From contig CAJINV010000005.1 in NCBI GenBank assembly GCA_905178155.1, positions 7,742,989 through 7,806,988 of the forward strand: a stretch of 64,000 nucleotides of DNA, written 5' to 3'. This DNA comes from Amoebophrya sp. A120 (Eukaryota > Protista > Dinoflagellata). Below the pieces are notes generated by a model. That model ran no database searches. It had not been told where the DNA came from and saw only the letters and a list, made by a program, of their open reading frames with translations. This document shows, piece after piece, positions 26,001 to 39,543 of the stretch; positions within the stretch are counted from its first letter, which is position 1, and every line of letters begins with the position of its first letter. Both the position numbers and the translations under genes were made by a program.

Positions 26001-29000
26001 GCGTTTGAATGGATCTTACATCAATGCATGCCCAGCATGACAGCTGCAATCGCTTTGCATGTTGCGCATCACAAAGTTACACCAACAATGTTTTTTTGTT
26101 CGGATAATTGACCGCCTTGCTGTATTCTTCAATCGATTCGTAGAGAAAGGCCTGCAGGCGGAGGAATATCAAACAAAAGAAAAGTGCTCACGTTATAACG
26201 GTTCTCACAGATTGCAGTAACGCATGACAAATTTTGGCTAGCATGCGTGCTATGCAATACAAATTCAAAATTGAGCACCTTTTCCAACAAGTGATTGTGA
26301 TGCATTACTGCATCACAAATTCCGTTAACGTTAAACACTTTTTCCTTTGATAAGGAAAGACCGTCTCTCACACTGCGCGATGATCTGCTGGATGGCACGC
26401 TGCGGGTTCTGAATCGTTTCAACGGCTGCTCCTGCAGGATTAGCTGGTGGATGAACTCTATGCTCTGCAAAAGTATCGCACTCGTAGTAATTGCAGTCAT
26501 GCAATTAAATTTTTTTCTCAAGGTAAATCAGCGTTACAAATTTGATTTGTAATGCTGGGCTAAATTGTAATGCAATTTATACTAGTACGATCATGCTTTT
26601 GCAGTGCATAAACTCCGTCACTCAGAAGTTCCTCGTGCGGGTTGAAATACGGGAGAGTTGTTGAGCCCGACCCTCCTGGCAGCGCCACACCAGTCGCTGT
26701 ATTGGAGTAGTTCACGACGGTACCCTTATTCATCATCTGTAGTTGCGGTTGCCCAGGAAGACGAGGACCTGGACCACCTCCAGGAGTCGATACAACAGCT
26801 GCCAAATTCAAGAACTTCTCGCACCGTTTGAAAATCAGCACGCACAAATCTTCCAACTCCGTGACGGTGGCTTTGTAGGAATGCAGCCGCTGTTTCGTAT
26901 CTTCCACCAGGCACTTTATCACCGTCATTCCGGCCTTCTGAATCCAGATCGAAGTCTCTTCCCCGTTTATCCCATGAAAAAACTGTTTCACTGTCATGTC
27001 TTTGCAAGATCTGCTTCACAAGTTTGTTGAAAATTTCTAATGCGCGCTTTCCCGGGGAAAACACGCTTGAAAATCCAATGTATTGCAGGCGTAGCAAGAC
27101 AAGTAGTTCTGTGTTCCATTTTCTGCATCACAAGTTCACAATGAAAAAGTTTTTTCTTGCGATACCGTTGGCCAGCGCCCGCCCAATGAACCAGGTGTAG
27201 CAGTCGGCGGCGTGGGCGAGTTGCTTCTGCGAAATTTGCGTCGTCGCGGTTTTTTTCGTGATTGTAAACCACTGCTTAAAACTGACCATAACCTCCTCAA
27301 TAAACGTGTCCTGCGACTGGAGTAGTTTCAGAGCCTCGTTCTTCTGCGCCCCCTGCTCCACCGACAGCTTGCTGCTGTCTGTATGGAAGTGCACAACTCC
27401 CCGCACTCCCCCACATTGTATGGCATGAACAGTATCACAACCACCAGCACAGGCGGACCCTGTGCATGACAAGTTCTGCGCCGAAGGAGTGCAGTACTGT
27501 TTGGGATTCCGGAATTATTTGTTATGCACACTGTGCCACAGAGCGGCAACTGGATTTGGGTTTTTCCATGACAAATGAGGTGGACGGGGAGTTGTACACT
27601 CTCATAGTCTGTCCGCTCATACCAAAAAACGTTCCCGCCCCCCACCGCGCCGCCGGAAGAGAGAGAGAATAATTGCGCGAAGGAGCGGAACAGTGATACG
27701 GGGGACAGGTTCATGATCTTCGCGAACATGTCCGGCGGGGCGTCGGCCACATCCGTTTTCCGGCGCAAGAAAATTCGCTTCAGAACGTCACGGATCTCCA
27801 CACTCGTAGGCGGCTCGGTCCCCGCGAGAAAGCTGGATCCGGACAGACTGGAGAGGAGGAAGTGGTAAAGCTTGCGCACCAGCAGGAATTCGCAAAGTGC
27901 CGGCTCGATGATCCTGACATCTTCGCTTGACGGTTGATTTCTCGGAGAACAAGAAGTCCCACGACCTGCTGCTGCAGATGTAGTTTCCATGATGTTGACA
28001 CCAGGCGGCGTATTTGCAGGCGAATTGACGTTCGATTTCCGTTTCGACTTGTTAAAAATCCGCGTGCACTCCCCGATATCCACTGCAAAAGTATCGCACT
28101 CGTACTGATCGCATTGATGCATTACAAGCTTTTTTGTTAAGTTGAATCCGAATTACAAATTCCATTTCTCATACTGGGGAAATTTGTCATGCAAATTATA
28201 CGTAGTACGATGCTTTTGCAGTCCATACCCGACGAGCAGCTCCAGTGGACTGGTAAAATCTTTCGTCGCCAGGTACACGTAGATCAGGGCGGTGTAGTAT
28301 CCTGTGTAAAAACGTCCCCACCCCATAGTCAAGTTGGGAACTTAGCAACACAAACCCAGAAGTGGTGGGAGCCACGCATGACAAGTTGCAGGCCGTAGTG
28401 TAGTGCATGCGAGCAAGGACAACCGCATCACAAATCCATCTGCTTATCCTGTTACCAGAATTACAAATTCCAAAACACGACTGGAAATCCCTTCTTTGGG
28501 GATGCGCATTACAAACGTTCCTGTAATCGCAAATCTGCATGACAGCTCTGGTGTGGGTATGTTTTTACACAGGATATGTAGCACCGAAACTGCGTGAGAA
28601 TCCGGATAGCCAGGTTGAGATCCAGACGAAACAGGTCGTTCCTACTGGAAATAACTAAGCGGGTCAAGTGCAGCGCGGATTCGAACGCGTGCGGGAAGAA
28701 GTCGACCTGTCAGTATTGGCGTTGTTGAATTCAGCGTTTGAAAAAGTTATGCAAGTAAAACAAATTTTTCTCGTTATAGTATGAAGGCTCCTCTGGGTGC
28801 GAGCGACATTCCGACGTAGCTACTTTAGTACTCAGCGAAAAACGCGATGGTGCATGCTGCTTACACAGAAGCTTCTTTGCGTGTAAATACCAAAGTCGTA
28901 AAATCGCCTGAGTACAAATGATTGAAAAGACAAATACAATCGATTCAGGATGAAAAACCGTTTACCTGATCTTCGCCGAGCTTCACATTCAGATACTCGT

Positions 29001-32000
29001 CATGCTGAATGTGATACGGCAGGGTCGCTAGCGGTTTCATTTCACCATCCTTCAACGAATCCACCGCTAACGTGAAATCCTTCACCGAAAAAAAACCGAC
29101 AGAAGATGTTGAGGCATCAGAGCCACCTCTGGAAGTACTTCCCACCTGCACGGCCGAGGACGCGAAAGCGCGCGATCCAGGTGGTCCATTACTCGCTGTT
29201 GACGCTGTTTTCTTGATATGAACTGCAAAAGTATCGTACTCGTAGAAATGCATATACAAATTTCCTCAGCATGAGAAATAAAATTTGAAATGCGGATTTT
29301 CCTTAAGAACAAGATTTGTAATGCATGATTGCAATACGAGTACGATACTTTTGCACAGGATACTTGAACAACCGCGCCACGGTTTCCTCTTCCTCCTGCA
29401 ACCTGGCGGAGTAGCTGTCGAGGATACTGGAATTATCAAAAGGAAAAATCCCCCATCCCCATATCGATGAAAAGGAGACTTGTGATGCTGTATCTGATTA
29501 CACAAATCGACTTGTGATGCTAGAAGGCCAAGAGCCGCAGCTGTGGCCTCGTTTGCAGGCAATTTGTCACGCTGTTTCCCCCTTCCAATTGCTCTCTGTC
29601 ATGATGAAGGCGCAAGGCTTTCGCACGCCAGCCAGCACTGCGCTCCGCATGTCATTCCTTCTAGCATGACGCAGCTGATTTGTGGCCACAAATCTGCATC
29701 ACAGATTTCCGTTTTGATATGGGGAGGGGGGATTTTCTTCTCGATAGGAATACACCTCCGCGTCGATTTCCTTTACCAACCCGTTTTTATCCAAGGAAAA
29801 GACTGTTACAGTTACACACTTGTAGTGAAACTAGCATCACAAATTTGCGTTTGCCTCGCATGACGCCGTAAACTTGTAATGCAGAGATCATAAAGGCAAA
29901 ACACACACGAAACGAGACTCGCAAGCATTTTGCGCATAAGAGAGGTCGTCTGTCTTGCATGTTTTGCATAGATGACTATGTGTGTAACTGTAACACTTTT
30001 TTCTTTGCATAGTTTTCCAACAGTAAGTACTGCTCCAACGCGTTGATGAAGTAGGACTTCTGCTTCTTCGTCGACAGCCGGGCGAAAAACCGTTTGTACA
30101 TGGGGTCATAAAGATCGCACTTGAGACACACCGTAATCACGGTTTCGACGGTTTTTTTCATCAGTTGCTGTATTTCTTCTGCTGTCCTGTGCAAAAGTAT
30201 CGCACTCGTTGCATTGCAATCATGCATTACAAATCTTTTTCTTGCAAGCAGATCAGCATTACAAATTCCATCTCTCATGCTGAGGAAATTTGTAATGCAT
30301 TTATACGAGTTATACGCTGCTTTTGCAATTCATATCTGCGGGTTTGATCGCCGACTGCTTTTCCGTCACACTCGCATCCTATTCTGGGCAAAAACGTCCT
30401 CACCCCAGAGTTGTCATGCAAATCTGCATACCAAGAAAGTTTCTCATGCGGATGCACATGGAAAGCATTTTTTAGTCAAGTCGTGGAATTTGTGATGCTA
30501 GAATCACCAAGATATGCTAGATCTGTGACGCTGCTGAACTATCCAAAGAGGATTACACTACAAGGACAAACTTGTCATGCGAAGCAACCAAAGCTGGTTG
30601 ATTTGTCTAGCAGATTTCCCATCTTGACTCTGGTATGGGGACGCTTTTACACAGGATACATCCATCCCGAGCCTCTTTTGCGTTTGCAAAATCTTTTTCG
30701 CCATCTTTTCCGCGACCACCAGTTGGTAGTCCAAAAAGCCGATCAAGAACTGCGTGATCTTCTGCTTCAAAATCGGCTTCCGCTGCTTGTCCTCGATCGG
30801 GAAGTCGAGGAGCGGCGTTAACTTTCCGTCGAAAACGTCGACAAAGAGACGCAGAATTTCCTCCATGGCGTTCTCAAACGTTACACTCTCAACTTTTGCA
30901 TGAATTTGTAATGGAAGAATGGCAAAAGTGAAAGGAGGAAGATTGCACCTTTTGCATTACAAGTTTCATGGCGCAAATTGTAACGCTATATGGCGCGTCG
31001 AGAACTTGTCATGCGAAGCAGCTTGCTCATGTAGATATTTATGGCGCTTCTGGATGACAAATTCATGTAGTAGTGGAGAATGTCTCGTTTGAGATCGCCA
31101 TATCCTCCCACCGCTTGTTGGACGAGGAGGAATTGAGGCTATCCGTGTCCAAAAGCATATTCGTCAGCTTCAGCCAGCTGGTCAATTCGATTTGCGTGAA
31201 ACCTTGGTCTGTCAGGAGATACAATGGATGGTTCAAAGCGCCGCCGCCCTGGACCTGGAGTTGTGCTGACTGCGTTTGATATTTAGATTTTTGTACCACA
31301 GTGTAGTTCTTCTCGTAACTGATGCCGTTTTGTGCAGTGTTTTTCCTTTGGAGTTCTTGTTCTACCCCAGGTGGTAAATTCTTCGCCAGCGCCGCCGGCA
31401 GATTTGCTTGATAGGACGACCCTGTCGCAGAGGAGTTCCGATTTTTCGGCAGGTTTTCGATCAGTTGGTTCGCACCCTGCAAGGACTTTTCCACCAAATT
31501 CGAGTGGATTTCTACCATGGTGCTCGCCGCATCTCGCGTATCAACTGCCAATATGTCTGGCTCTGGAAACTTGTGATGCAAGTCCGTGAACAATACGTGC
31601 TCTGTAATGCGCCGCCAAGCATGACAAGTTTTTTCGTGCTTCTGTAATGCGTATTTCGCATGAGAAACTGCGCTTTCGCATGACAGGCCAGAGGACCTCT
31701 TGATGGCAACGCAATACAGAGCGCAGAGTCACCGTCACGCCAGACTAGCATGACAAATCTCGCAATCTTCCAGGCCCAGATGACATATTTGCATTTGATA
31801 TCGCGTCATTTTCGCGGATTGCTGGGCCACGTTCCTCGTCGTCTTCGCTGCATCTTATCCTGTGCAAAAGTATCGTACTCGTAGTAATTGCATTTATGCA
31901 TTACAAATTTCTTTCTAAATTCAAATCAGAATTACAAATTTCATTTGTAATGCTGGGCTAATTTGTAATGCATTTATACGAGTACGATACTTATTTTGCA

Positions 32001-35000
32001 AATCATACATCCTGCACCACGTTGACGGTCTTCTCCTTTAAAGTCGAAAGAAACCCAAACGCACGTTGCCCACCGTGGTCTTTATTCCTTTTCGAGGGGC
32101 TAATGCCGCCGTCCTGGAAGCCGTCTTCCGCGGAGCTGCTGGTGGCGGAGGAGGTCTCAGAAGAGGTTTTCTGCAAACGTATCCACAAAAAAACAACGAT
32201 CCCCGTCCAATTTGTCATGCAAAAGTTGTATGAAATCCTGTGTTTGTCATGCAGAAAATGGATGGGGATGGTTGTTTTTTCCGGGATAAAACGTTGTGTA
32301 TTGCTAGTCGAATTGTCCACACTCCCCGTCTGGCCTAGGTGGATCACATTGTTCATCTGCGCAGAAGTGGTTGTTCCAGCAGTCCCCGCACTGCTCCCCG
32401 AGGTCGGCACTTCGGACGTGGCGGGCGTGTTCGGCGTCATTGCGGTTATGATTTCCTGGGAAATATCCGGAACGTGGTTCAGCGCCACCATGGCACACAA
32501 GGACTGGTGGAAACTGCGGATGGGCTTCTTGCGTATTGTATTTCCCACCGCGCCCTTGTTCATCTGCGGATGATGATGTTGATTATCGGGGTCTAAATCA
32601 TATTTTTTGAGACGACCCTTCAGATTCTGTTCGCGGTCAGGATTATCATCCTCATCGTCATCGCTCGCGCCGCCGTCATCATCATCATCATCGTCGCCGT
32701 CGGCGGAAGAAGTGGCGGAGGTAGTGCCTTTCTTAGGTAAGGACGCAGCCGCAGGAGGAGCGCCTCTATTACTACCGCCACCACCAACTCCCCCCGTTGT
32801 GGAAAGCAAATTTTCCACGATGTGTTGCGGTATGGTCGTGTTCTCGTGGTAGATCAGCCGGGAGGAGGACGAGCTGGAGACGCCATTCGACATTGGCATA
32901 ATGTTGCTAGTGCCACCAGCACGAGGACCTCCGGAATTATAGTTGTTCCTCGCTCCTACAGCTTGTTCCTCATGACCGTAGTCGTAGCTTTCCGTGTGCA
33001 ACAGCACGAAGTATTGTTCAAAAGACTCCTCTGGCAGAAACATGTCGTCATCCGGATCCTCGATGTGTTGCAACTCCAAATGCTGCTGTCCAAAATAACC
33101 CCCACCACCACCTGTGGACGATATCATGGACGGGGCAGCGGAGACGACAGAATCTCTCCGCAGTTGTTGATGTGTAGTTGTAGAAGAGGCCCGTGGATGT
33201 TGCGGATGCTGGTGGTCTAGTACTCGCTCGGGCAAAACTGATGCCCGAGGGGTTGCCATTGTGGAGGCTCTTGTTGTCAGCATCGTGCTAGACCGCGGGT
33301 ACGTAGTGCCGGAGTCTAGTACCAAAGTAGTTCCTGCAGCGTTGATCGTATTCCCTCCTGAGGTACTGTTTCTGTTTTGCAATCCGACGCTTTGTTTGTT
33401 TTTGAGCTGAAAGTGGTACCCCCGGAGGTTTTCGTCGAGCGCGAAAAAGGTGGAAGAGTTGTAGAGAGAAATGGAGTATCCTGTGCAAAAGTATCGCACT
33501 CGTAGTATATTGCAATCATGCATTACAAATTTTCTTCTAAAAGTAAAGGTAAATCCGCATTACAGATTTTATTTCTCATGCTGAGGAGATTTGTCATGCG
33601 ATTTATACTAGTACGATGCTTTTGCATTTCATATGGAGACCCAGTTTGGGGGGAGCAGCTGCTGCGAGGATGACATAACTTCTCCAGCATGAAGCACATC
33701 CTGCGAATCGTCGTCATGTCGTCCCACTGCCGCCCGATTTTTGTCAAGGTCAACATGATCCGCACCATCATCTTCATCTCCCCTATTGAAAACCGGAATC
33801 GGCGGCCGGGACGAGGGATTTATCGGTATGCCGATTTGGGGAAACAAAATCTTCCGCACCGGGATCAGCTGCCATCTGGGCAAACTCGCTTTGGTGGTGG
33901 TCGTGTTCGCACCGTTCTCTACTTTATTATGCATTGCAAAAGTATCGTACTCGTAGCATTGCAATACAAATTAGCTCAGCATGACAAATGGAATTTCTCA
34001 TGCTGATTTAGCTTGAAAAAGAAATTTGTCTTGCATGACAACGATCATTAGTGCGAGTACGATACTTTTGCAATTCATATTTATTCGGCTTCCGCAATTC
34101 CAAAGTGTAAAATAGCAAGAGCTGCTGGAAGCAAACTGCGAGCATATGCAAGCCTCAGGTTGGAAATCCTCTAAGTGAAAACAATTTGTAATGCAAAAAC
34201 ACGACTCCAGTGGAAACACCGTTTCTAGTCGGCGCATGACAAATTTCCCGGGCACTCAAAGCGTGTTTGTCATGCTAGTGAGGCAAAGGGGTGCCCTTCT
34301 CTCGTGCTAATCAGCAGCCCAATTGTGAACCCGCAGAAACACAATAGTCGGCCTCTATTGCTTTCTCTGCAATGCAGTATTTTTGGTGTCGCATTTCATG
34401 CATCACAAATTTTTTCCACTTTGAGAATTTCCAATCTGAGGCTTTCATAAAGCATCGCGCCCTGATACACCTTGTTCGGGTTTTTGTTCGCGTAATTCTG
34501 CGCGGCGAAATTTGTCATGCCGGTTCTGGCTAAAGGACCTGCTGTTCCCCCGACGTGCTGAGTCGACGACGTTCCGCTTCCGACGAGCTTCGTGCGCAAA
34601 AACCCGCCCTCGGCTTCGAACCTCTCGTCTAATGATCCGGTAGATGCTGACGCAGCAAAGGGGGCACTTACAGTAGTTGTACTCGTCCCTGCAGACCGGA
34701 CCCAACACGCGTCGATCAAAGCGTGCTGGTTGGTGGACGATTGGTTTTGGTTGTAGAGTCCTCCACCATAGTTATTTTCGTTCACACCATGATCCTCGCC
34801 GTCCATTTCATCTCGTCCGATCGCTGATGAATATTCCCGGAAAATTTCCCGCTGCAACCTCTGCAGTGTTGGGTGCATCGCGAGCAACACCAGAGCGTGG
34901 GTCGTGATGAGGAGCATCAAACCTGAGTTGTCCGCATTTCGCATCTGCTGTGGGGAAAGCTGCGGGATAGTCTTCTGTTGCACAACGGCTACTTGTTTAT

Positions 35001-38000
35001 TTGCTGAAGTCTGGTCAGGGCCGCCTGAACCTGATTCTTGTGACGCAGCTGCGCCCTTGACGTTGTTCTTACCCGGCGCCCCTTTATTTCCTCCTGTGCC
35101 GATCGACGCAGCTGCAGATCCCGCGGCCCCCACAGAAGAAGTACCGCCCGCACTAGAAGGTCCCGCCGCTACAGTCGTCGTGGTTGTCACCGTGGGCAAG
35201 TCGGGGACGATAGGGCTCGAAACAGACTCGTGCAGAATCGAATTGATTGGCTCCAACGGACAGCACTTCAGGCAGACCCCGAGCTCCAACTTCGTGCCGA
35301 GGGGGTGGGAGTCCGCGGCCATTTCACCGAACATGTTTCCGAAAATCGATCGAAACACCAGGTAGTAGATCCCGCCGAAGTTGTATCGCAAGAAAAAATT
35401 GCATCGTTGTAAACTTGTAATGCAGGAACTGTATCTGAGAAGTGTTTGTCATGCTACACATGCAAGACACTAGGTTCTAGCTGCGTTTTCCCTTGGGAAT
35501 CTCGCATGGCAGATTTTCTCTGTGATGTAGAACAAACTTGTGATGCAAAACTTGCAAAATCCTTACAGTGAAACACTTTTTTCGTACGATAAACTGTCGC
35601 CGATGATCGCCTCGGTTTTGGAAGAAGGTTTGAACCCCACCGCCGTGATGGTTTTCTGGGGGAGTTGTTGCGGTGCTTGCGGTTGTGATCCAGTACTACC
35701 CGCGGGCGCTGTAGTGGTCCTTGCGCCGTTTTGATGCGCTGTGGTTCGTGCCGTAGTACCGATGTCAGCAGAAGCTTGTTGCGTTGCGGTGGTACTAGCC
35801 CCAGGTGTTGATGAATTTTGCATCAAATCTTCCACCAAGCACAACAACTTTCCCGAGTCCACTTGCCACAGGCTGACAAAGCCGTCGTGGTGTCCCGCGA
35901 GGAGAAGCATGCCGTCCGCGGAGAAGGCCAAGGAGGAGATCGCGGGAAGGTGGGGTTTGACTTTCTGATGCTGCGCTAACATGCCAGCTCTCTCATTCGA
36001 TGACGCCCCGGCAGTCAAACCGCCACGACTACCCGGCGCTGGGAAGTTGTTTTCCTCATTCAGATGAAACCAGCCCTGGATCCCCCGTTTACAGTCGTAC
36101 AGCATCAGACTCCCAGTGCTTGTGCCAAAGCAGAGGAGTTGCCGTTTGTGGTTCTGAGTGACGCAGGTCATTTTGGAGGTAGAGGAAGAGGAGGAAGCGG
36201 ATGTTGACCCAGCAACCGCAGCCGCGCTACTCGCACTGGTGCCCCCTCCTTTTGCCCTTCCTTTGGAAGTTGTTCCTCCTGGTGCCAACAGCCCGCACCT
36301 CCAATGCCGCAGGAAATCTTCGCTCGATTTCACAACGTTTTCGCTTTTATCCAGTAACTCATCGAGTTTCTCCTCCAACACCTCGCCCTTCTTTCTCCTA
36401 TTGCTTGTGTTCTGAATCCTGCTCGTGTAAGAATTTTCGTGAAAAAAGCACCACTCCTCTGGACTTTGCCAAAAGGGCTTTTCGTACCGGAAGTACTGCT
36501 CTTCCGTTATCGAGGGCCTGGGCGGTTTGTTTGGATTTATCGGCTGCTGTTCTTGAGTATCCTGTGCGAAAGTATCGTACTCGTAGTAATTGCATTCACG
36601 CATTACAAGTCTGTTTCTCAAGGTAAATCAGCATCACAAATTCGATTTGTAATGCTGGGGGAATTTGTAATGCAATTTATACTAGCACGATGCTTTTGCA
36701 TTGCATATTGAGAAGGCTTTGCACCTTGTTCCTCCTCATCGACTTTCAGTTTCTGCAAGTTCTGCAAGCTTTATAACAGTGCACAACTCCCCCTCACCCT
36801 CATTTGTCATGTAAAATCCCAAATCCAGTCGTTTCACTGTAGGACCGTTTGCATGACAAATTTCGGAAGCCCAAGCCCTGAAACAGTACTACATTAAGCG
36901 CATAAATTTGTAATGCACAAGCTCCAGGGCCGCTGGCGTTTGTATTGCTGTCCATGCAATACAAATGAGGGGGAGGGGGAGTTATGCACTGTCATAAGCT
37001 TTCGCGGACTAACAAGCTTTGCCTTGGTGACGTGGACGCGAGGTGCGAGGGTCGAGGAATTACACCGGTCGTGGACTGCTCTTGGGCCGCAGCTCTCCTC
37101 TGCAATATCATGTCAGAAGTAGATGCAAGAGAGGAGCTCGGAATTTCATCTTCTACTTCCGACGCCCGCGGTCGTGGAATGTTGCCACTGTGCCGCGGTC
37201 GTGGATCCTCGTTGAAAAAGAAATCGTCTTCTTCAACTTCATCCACAAGCCCTTCCTCCTGCTCGCGCCGCATGACGTTCGCCAGAGCGCGATCCGGCGG
37301 GTCGGGAAGCTGCGATGTGGTACTACTAGGGGTTAGTTTGATTTCAGGAGCTCGTGAAGATGCTGGCTTTGCAATCGAAGCCGAAGCCGGCAAGAAGTTG
37401 TCCTGGCTCTTGATCGCATCAAATCTCGACTTGAAGGCGTTCGTATCTGACGTCAGAACCGTAGGAGTTTCGTCGCGAACCACAGCTCTGCTCGTCGAGC
37501 TGGAAGAAGGGCCTGTGCCCGTTGGGACTTGTGTTCCATTTCGAGATCCTCCAGACGCTGGTTGCGGTGGTGGTGGTGGCGGCGGCGGTGGTGCGGCGAA
37601 CGGTTGTTCAACAGCCGCTGCTCTACTACTCTGACCAACAGTTGTTAAAGTTCTGTTATCCTGCAGCTGACTTCTCGCCTTCGGAGCGAAGATCGAATCA
37701 TCGAAGCCAGCTGCGGTCGTTTTGCTCTTGCCTGATGTTGCCCCCGCATTACTGCTTTTCCCTGTAGCCCCACCCCCAGTCGAGCGGCCCGAGATTGAAG
37801 AACTGGGCGTGAGCAATTCCGCGAAAGGATCGAGTTCATCCCTGGGTTTGGTGGGCGCGGTGAACAGGTCTAGAGGACTATCACCAACTGGTTTAGAAGC
37901 TGATGATGAAGTAGCGGCCGTAGGCGTTTGCTTCGACGAGGTTTGTTCGCTGCTGACCCCTACTTCACTAGTACCACCAAAAACCTCGAGAAACGGGTCT

Positions 38001-38806
38001 GGGTCGGGCGGTTTCTTGTGCAGTGGTAGTATCGTCGGAGGTTGGGCACTCGCTGTTGTACCTGATACCACTTCTCGCGGCGGGGGCGGAGGCGGGGCAG
38101 GTCTCGATGATGTGGATGAAACGGCCCCACCAGTTCCACCTGACGCGGCTACGGCAGATGGCGCGAGCACGGGCACTGCTGCAGCGCTCGGTTTCATCTT
38201 CGCAGTAGAGGAACTAGACCCGCCTCCAACTACGCCTATCCCCAGCAAGTCATCGATGCTCGACCTGGGTTTGAGCTGGGGCTGGCTGCTCGGATGAAAA
38301 CCAGGTGTTCCTGTCACGTTTTTGCTTGAAGTGGAAGTTGCAGTTGCACCACCACTGCCCGAGGACCCGCCAAAGAGGTCATCGAAAGGGTCACTGCCTT
38401 GTGGTGGTGGTGGTGGTGGCCTCGTTGAAGAGGCACCTCCTGCGCTAATTCCAGCAAAAGGATCTGTTTGTGAAGTAGATGCGACTTCTCCTGCAACTAT
38501 CCCGAACGAGGAACCATCCGTCGCTCCTGCTGTTGGTGTCGCATTATTAAACGACCCCCACGACGAGGTTCCACCAGAACTGGGCGGATTTATCTTACCA
38601 TCCGCACTAGATGGTAATTGCAGCAGGTCGGGCTGCTGGGTGTCTTCTTGCCGGACGTTTTGGCTTTGCTGCTTTGCACCGCTAGTTGTTCCTGTAGTTG
38701 TGTTCTCCGCTTTGTCAAGCATGCCAGTGAGGAATTTGGAAAAATCCTCCTCTTCCTCATCCTCGTTCAGGATGTCGTCCAGGGATAACGCGTTGTTTGA
38801 CGCCAT
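23075..38806 (-). CDS. VPS8: Vacuolar protein sorting 8-like (CORVET subunit)
   Basis: Low-complexity N-terminus, WD40 region (LCFGTSTGSLMLYD; ISSLAFSADGMLLLAGHHDGFVSLW), central helical region (FINALEQYLL), clathrin-repeat-like C-terminus (DGAIWLLEKVGD; LWFSFFD). 26 introners + 1 GT-AG intron. Confidence 0.75.
24364..24635. mobile_element. Introner family B
   Basis: TIR; TSD cagga. Confidence 0.9.
24699..24870. mobile_element. Introner family A (diverged)
   Basis: TIR; TSD aggat/tggat. Confidence 0.8.
24932..25089. mobile_element. Introner family A
   Basis: TIR; TSD actaa/actag. Confidence 0.9.
25211..25364. mobile_element. Introner family G
   Basis: TATCCACAGTAAACTTCCCG...CGGGAAATTTGTATTGAATA; TSD acact. 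Confidence 0.9.
25893..26106. mobile_element. Introner family I
   Basis: TATCCCAGGAAAAAACA...TGTTTTTTTGTTCGGATA; TSD attga. Confidence 0.85.
26167..26352. mobile_element. Introner, single-copy family P
   Basis: TATCAAACAAAAGAAAAGTG...CACTTTTTCCTTTGATA; TSD aggaa; removal gives ERRSFLRLQAFLYE. Confidence 0.85.
26459..26610. mobile_element. Introner family A
   Basis: TIR; TSD aactc. Confidence 0.9.
26968..27164. mobile_element. Introner family H
   Basis: TIR TATC..A.GAAAAAACTGTTTCAC; TSD ccgtt. Confidence 0.9.
27382..27606. mobile_element. Introner family E
   Basis: TIR; TSD gtctg. Confidence 0.9.
28077..28227. mobile_element. Introner family A
   Basis: TIR; TSD cccga. Confidence 0.9.
28298..28576. 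mobile_element. Introner family D
   Basis: TIR; TSD tgtag. Confidence 0.9.
28707..28965 (-). other. Canonical GT-AG intron
   Basis: CAG|GTAAAC ... CTGACAG|GTC in VPS8. Confidence 0.8.
29217..29362. mobile_element. Introner family A
   Basis: TIR; TSD cttga. Confidence 0.9.
29434..29746. mobile_element. Introner family F
   Basis: TIR; TSD ggaat. Confidence 0.9.
29788..30011. mobile_element. Introner family I-like
   Basis: TATCCAAGGAAAAGACTGTTACAGTTACAC...GTGTAACTGTAACAC-T-run-CTTTGCATA; TSD gtttt. Confidence 0.85.
30183..30334. mobile_element. Introner family A
   Basis: TIR (left TGT); TSD tctgc. Confidence 0.9.
30380..30658. mobile_element. Introner family D
   Basis: TIR; TSD catcc. Confidence 0.9.
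30864..31102. mobile_element. Introner family C
   Basis: TIR (left CAT); TSD tcctc. Confidence 0.9.
31539..31800. mobile_element. Introner family B
   Basis: TIR; TSD tcgcg. Confidence 0.9.
31856..32007. mobile_element. Introner family A
   Basis: TIR; TSD catct/catcc. Confidence 0.9.
32180..32288. mobile_element. Introner family L (opposite orientation to 529-637)
   Basis: TIR; TSD aaacg; hidden in frame inside ORF 32003-33523. Confidence 0.9.
33477..33633. mobile_element. Introner family A
   Basis: TIR; TSD tggag. Confidence 0.9.
33928..34079. mobile_element. Introner family A
   Basis: TIR; TSD tttat. Confidence 0.9.
34145..34449. mobile_element. Introner family J
   Basis: TIR TATG.AAGCCTCAG.TTGGAAAT.CTC.AAGTG; TSD gagca/aagca. 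Confidence 0.9.
35384..35591. mobile_element. Introner family H
   Basis: TIR; TSD agttg/aactg. Confidence 0.85.
36558..36707. mobile_element. Introner family A
   Basis: TIR; TSD ttgag. Confidence 0.9.
36772..36996. mobile_element. Introner family E
   Basis: TIR; TSD agctt. Confidence 0.9.
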
Positions 38807-39543
38807 GGTGTGAAGAAATGGAAATTACGGGTTGGATTTTTTTCAATTCTATCGTGATGAACAAGCGTATTTCTTGCGCGTGAGCGAGCTATTTGAACAT
38901 GATCTGTGCTTGGAAGCAAAGTAGACAAACAGAAAGGCGGTTTTTGTTTTCGCTTGTGCGTTCGCCTGACGCTTTTACACGACTAGTAGTAGAGCGCAAT
39001 TCTACTTACTGACCTCGTCCTGTAGAATAAGAGTTTTTTTCTATGGACTGCGGCCGTCGCACAGAAAATCTAATGCAGAGGAGCAGAGTGGAGGTGTCAA
39101 GATCGTGATCTTTCAGCAGCGCGTCATGATAATGCACGCTCTAGATGGTGGCGATCCCTCACCTGAACACAGCGCAAATGATCTTTCTCGTTGTAAGTCG
39201 AGCTTTCCGCATTGAACACTGACCGAAAAATATTAGTAGCACATGCGCTACTTCTTTCCCAACTTTATCTCTTCAAGAGCAAGAACTGTATGTGCCTGTG
39301 TGGATGTTTTCGTGCGGAGTATCAAACTCCTTTCGATTTTTCAAAAAACTCACTTAGACTTGTTAATCTGAAACCTTTTACTGCCTCGCATTCCGTTTTA
39401 CACAACATCGCCGTCAACACAATTTGTGTTACACAAGAAGAAGAACTGATAGATCCATAAGTCAAAAACAAGTAAGTATCACCTCGCCCCCCGCTTGTCT
39501 TCTCATTTTTCACAAAAAGAGACAAAAGCGGGAGACGAAATCC

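Noticed and set aside
1240-38813. Long plus-strand ORFs (e.g. 1240-1854, 8938-9519, 36984-37634, 37722-38297)
   Set aside because: Antisense shadows of GC-rich minus-strand exons.
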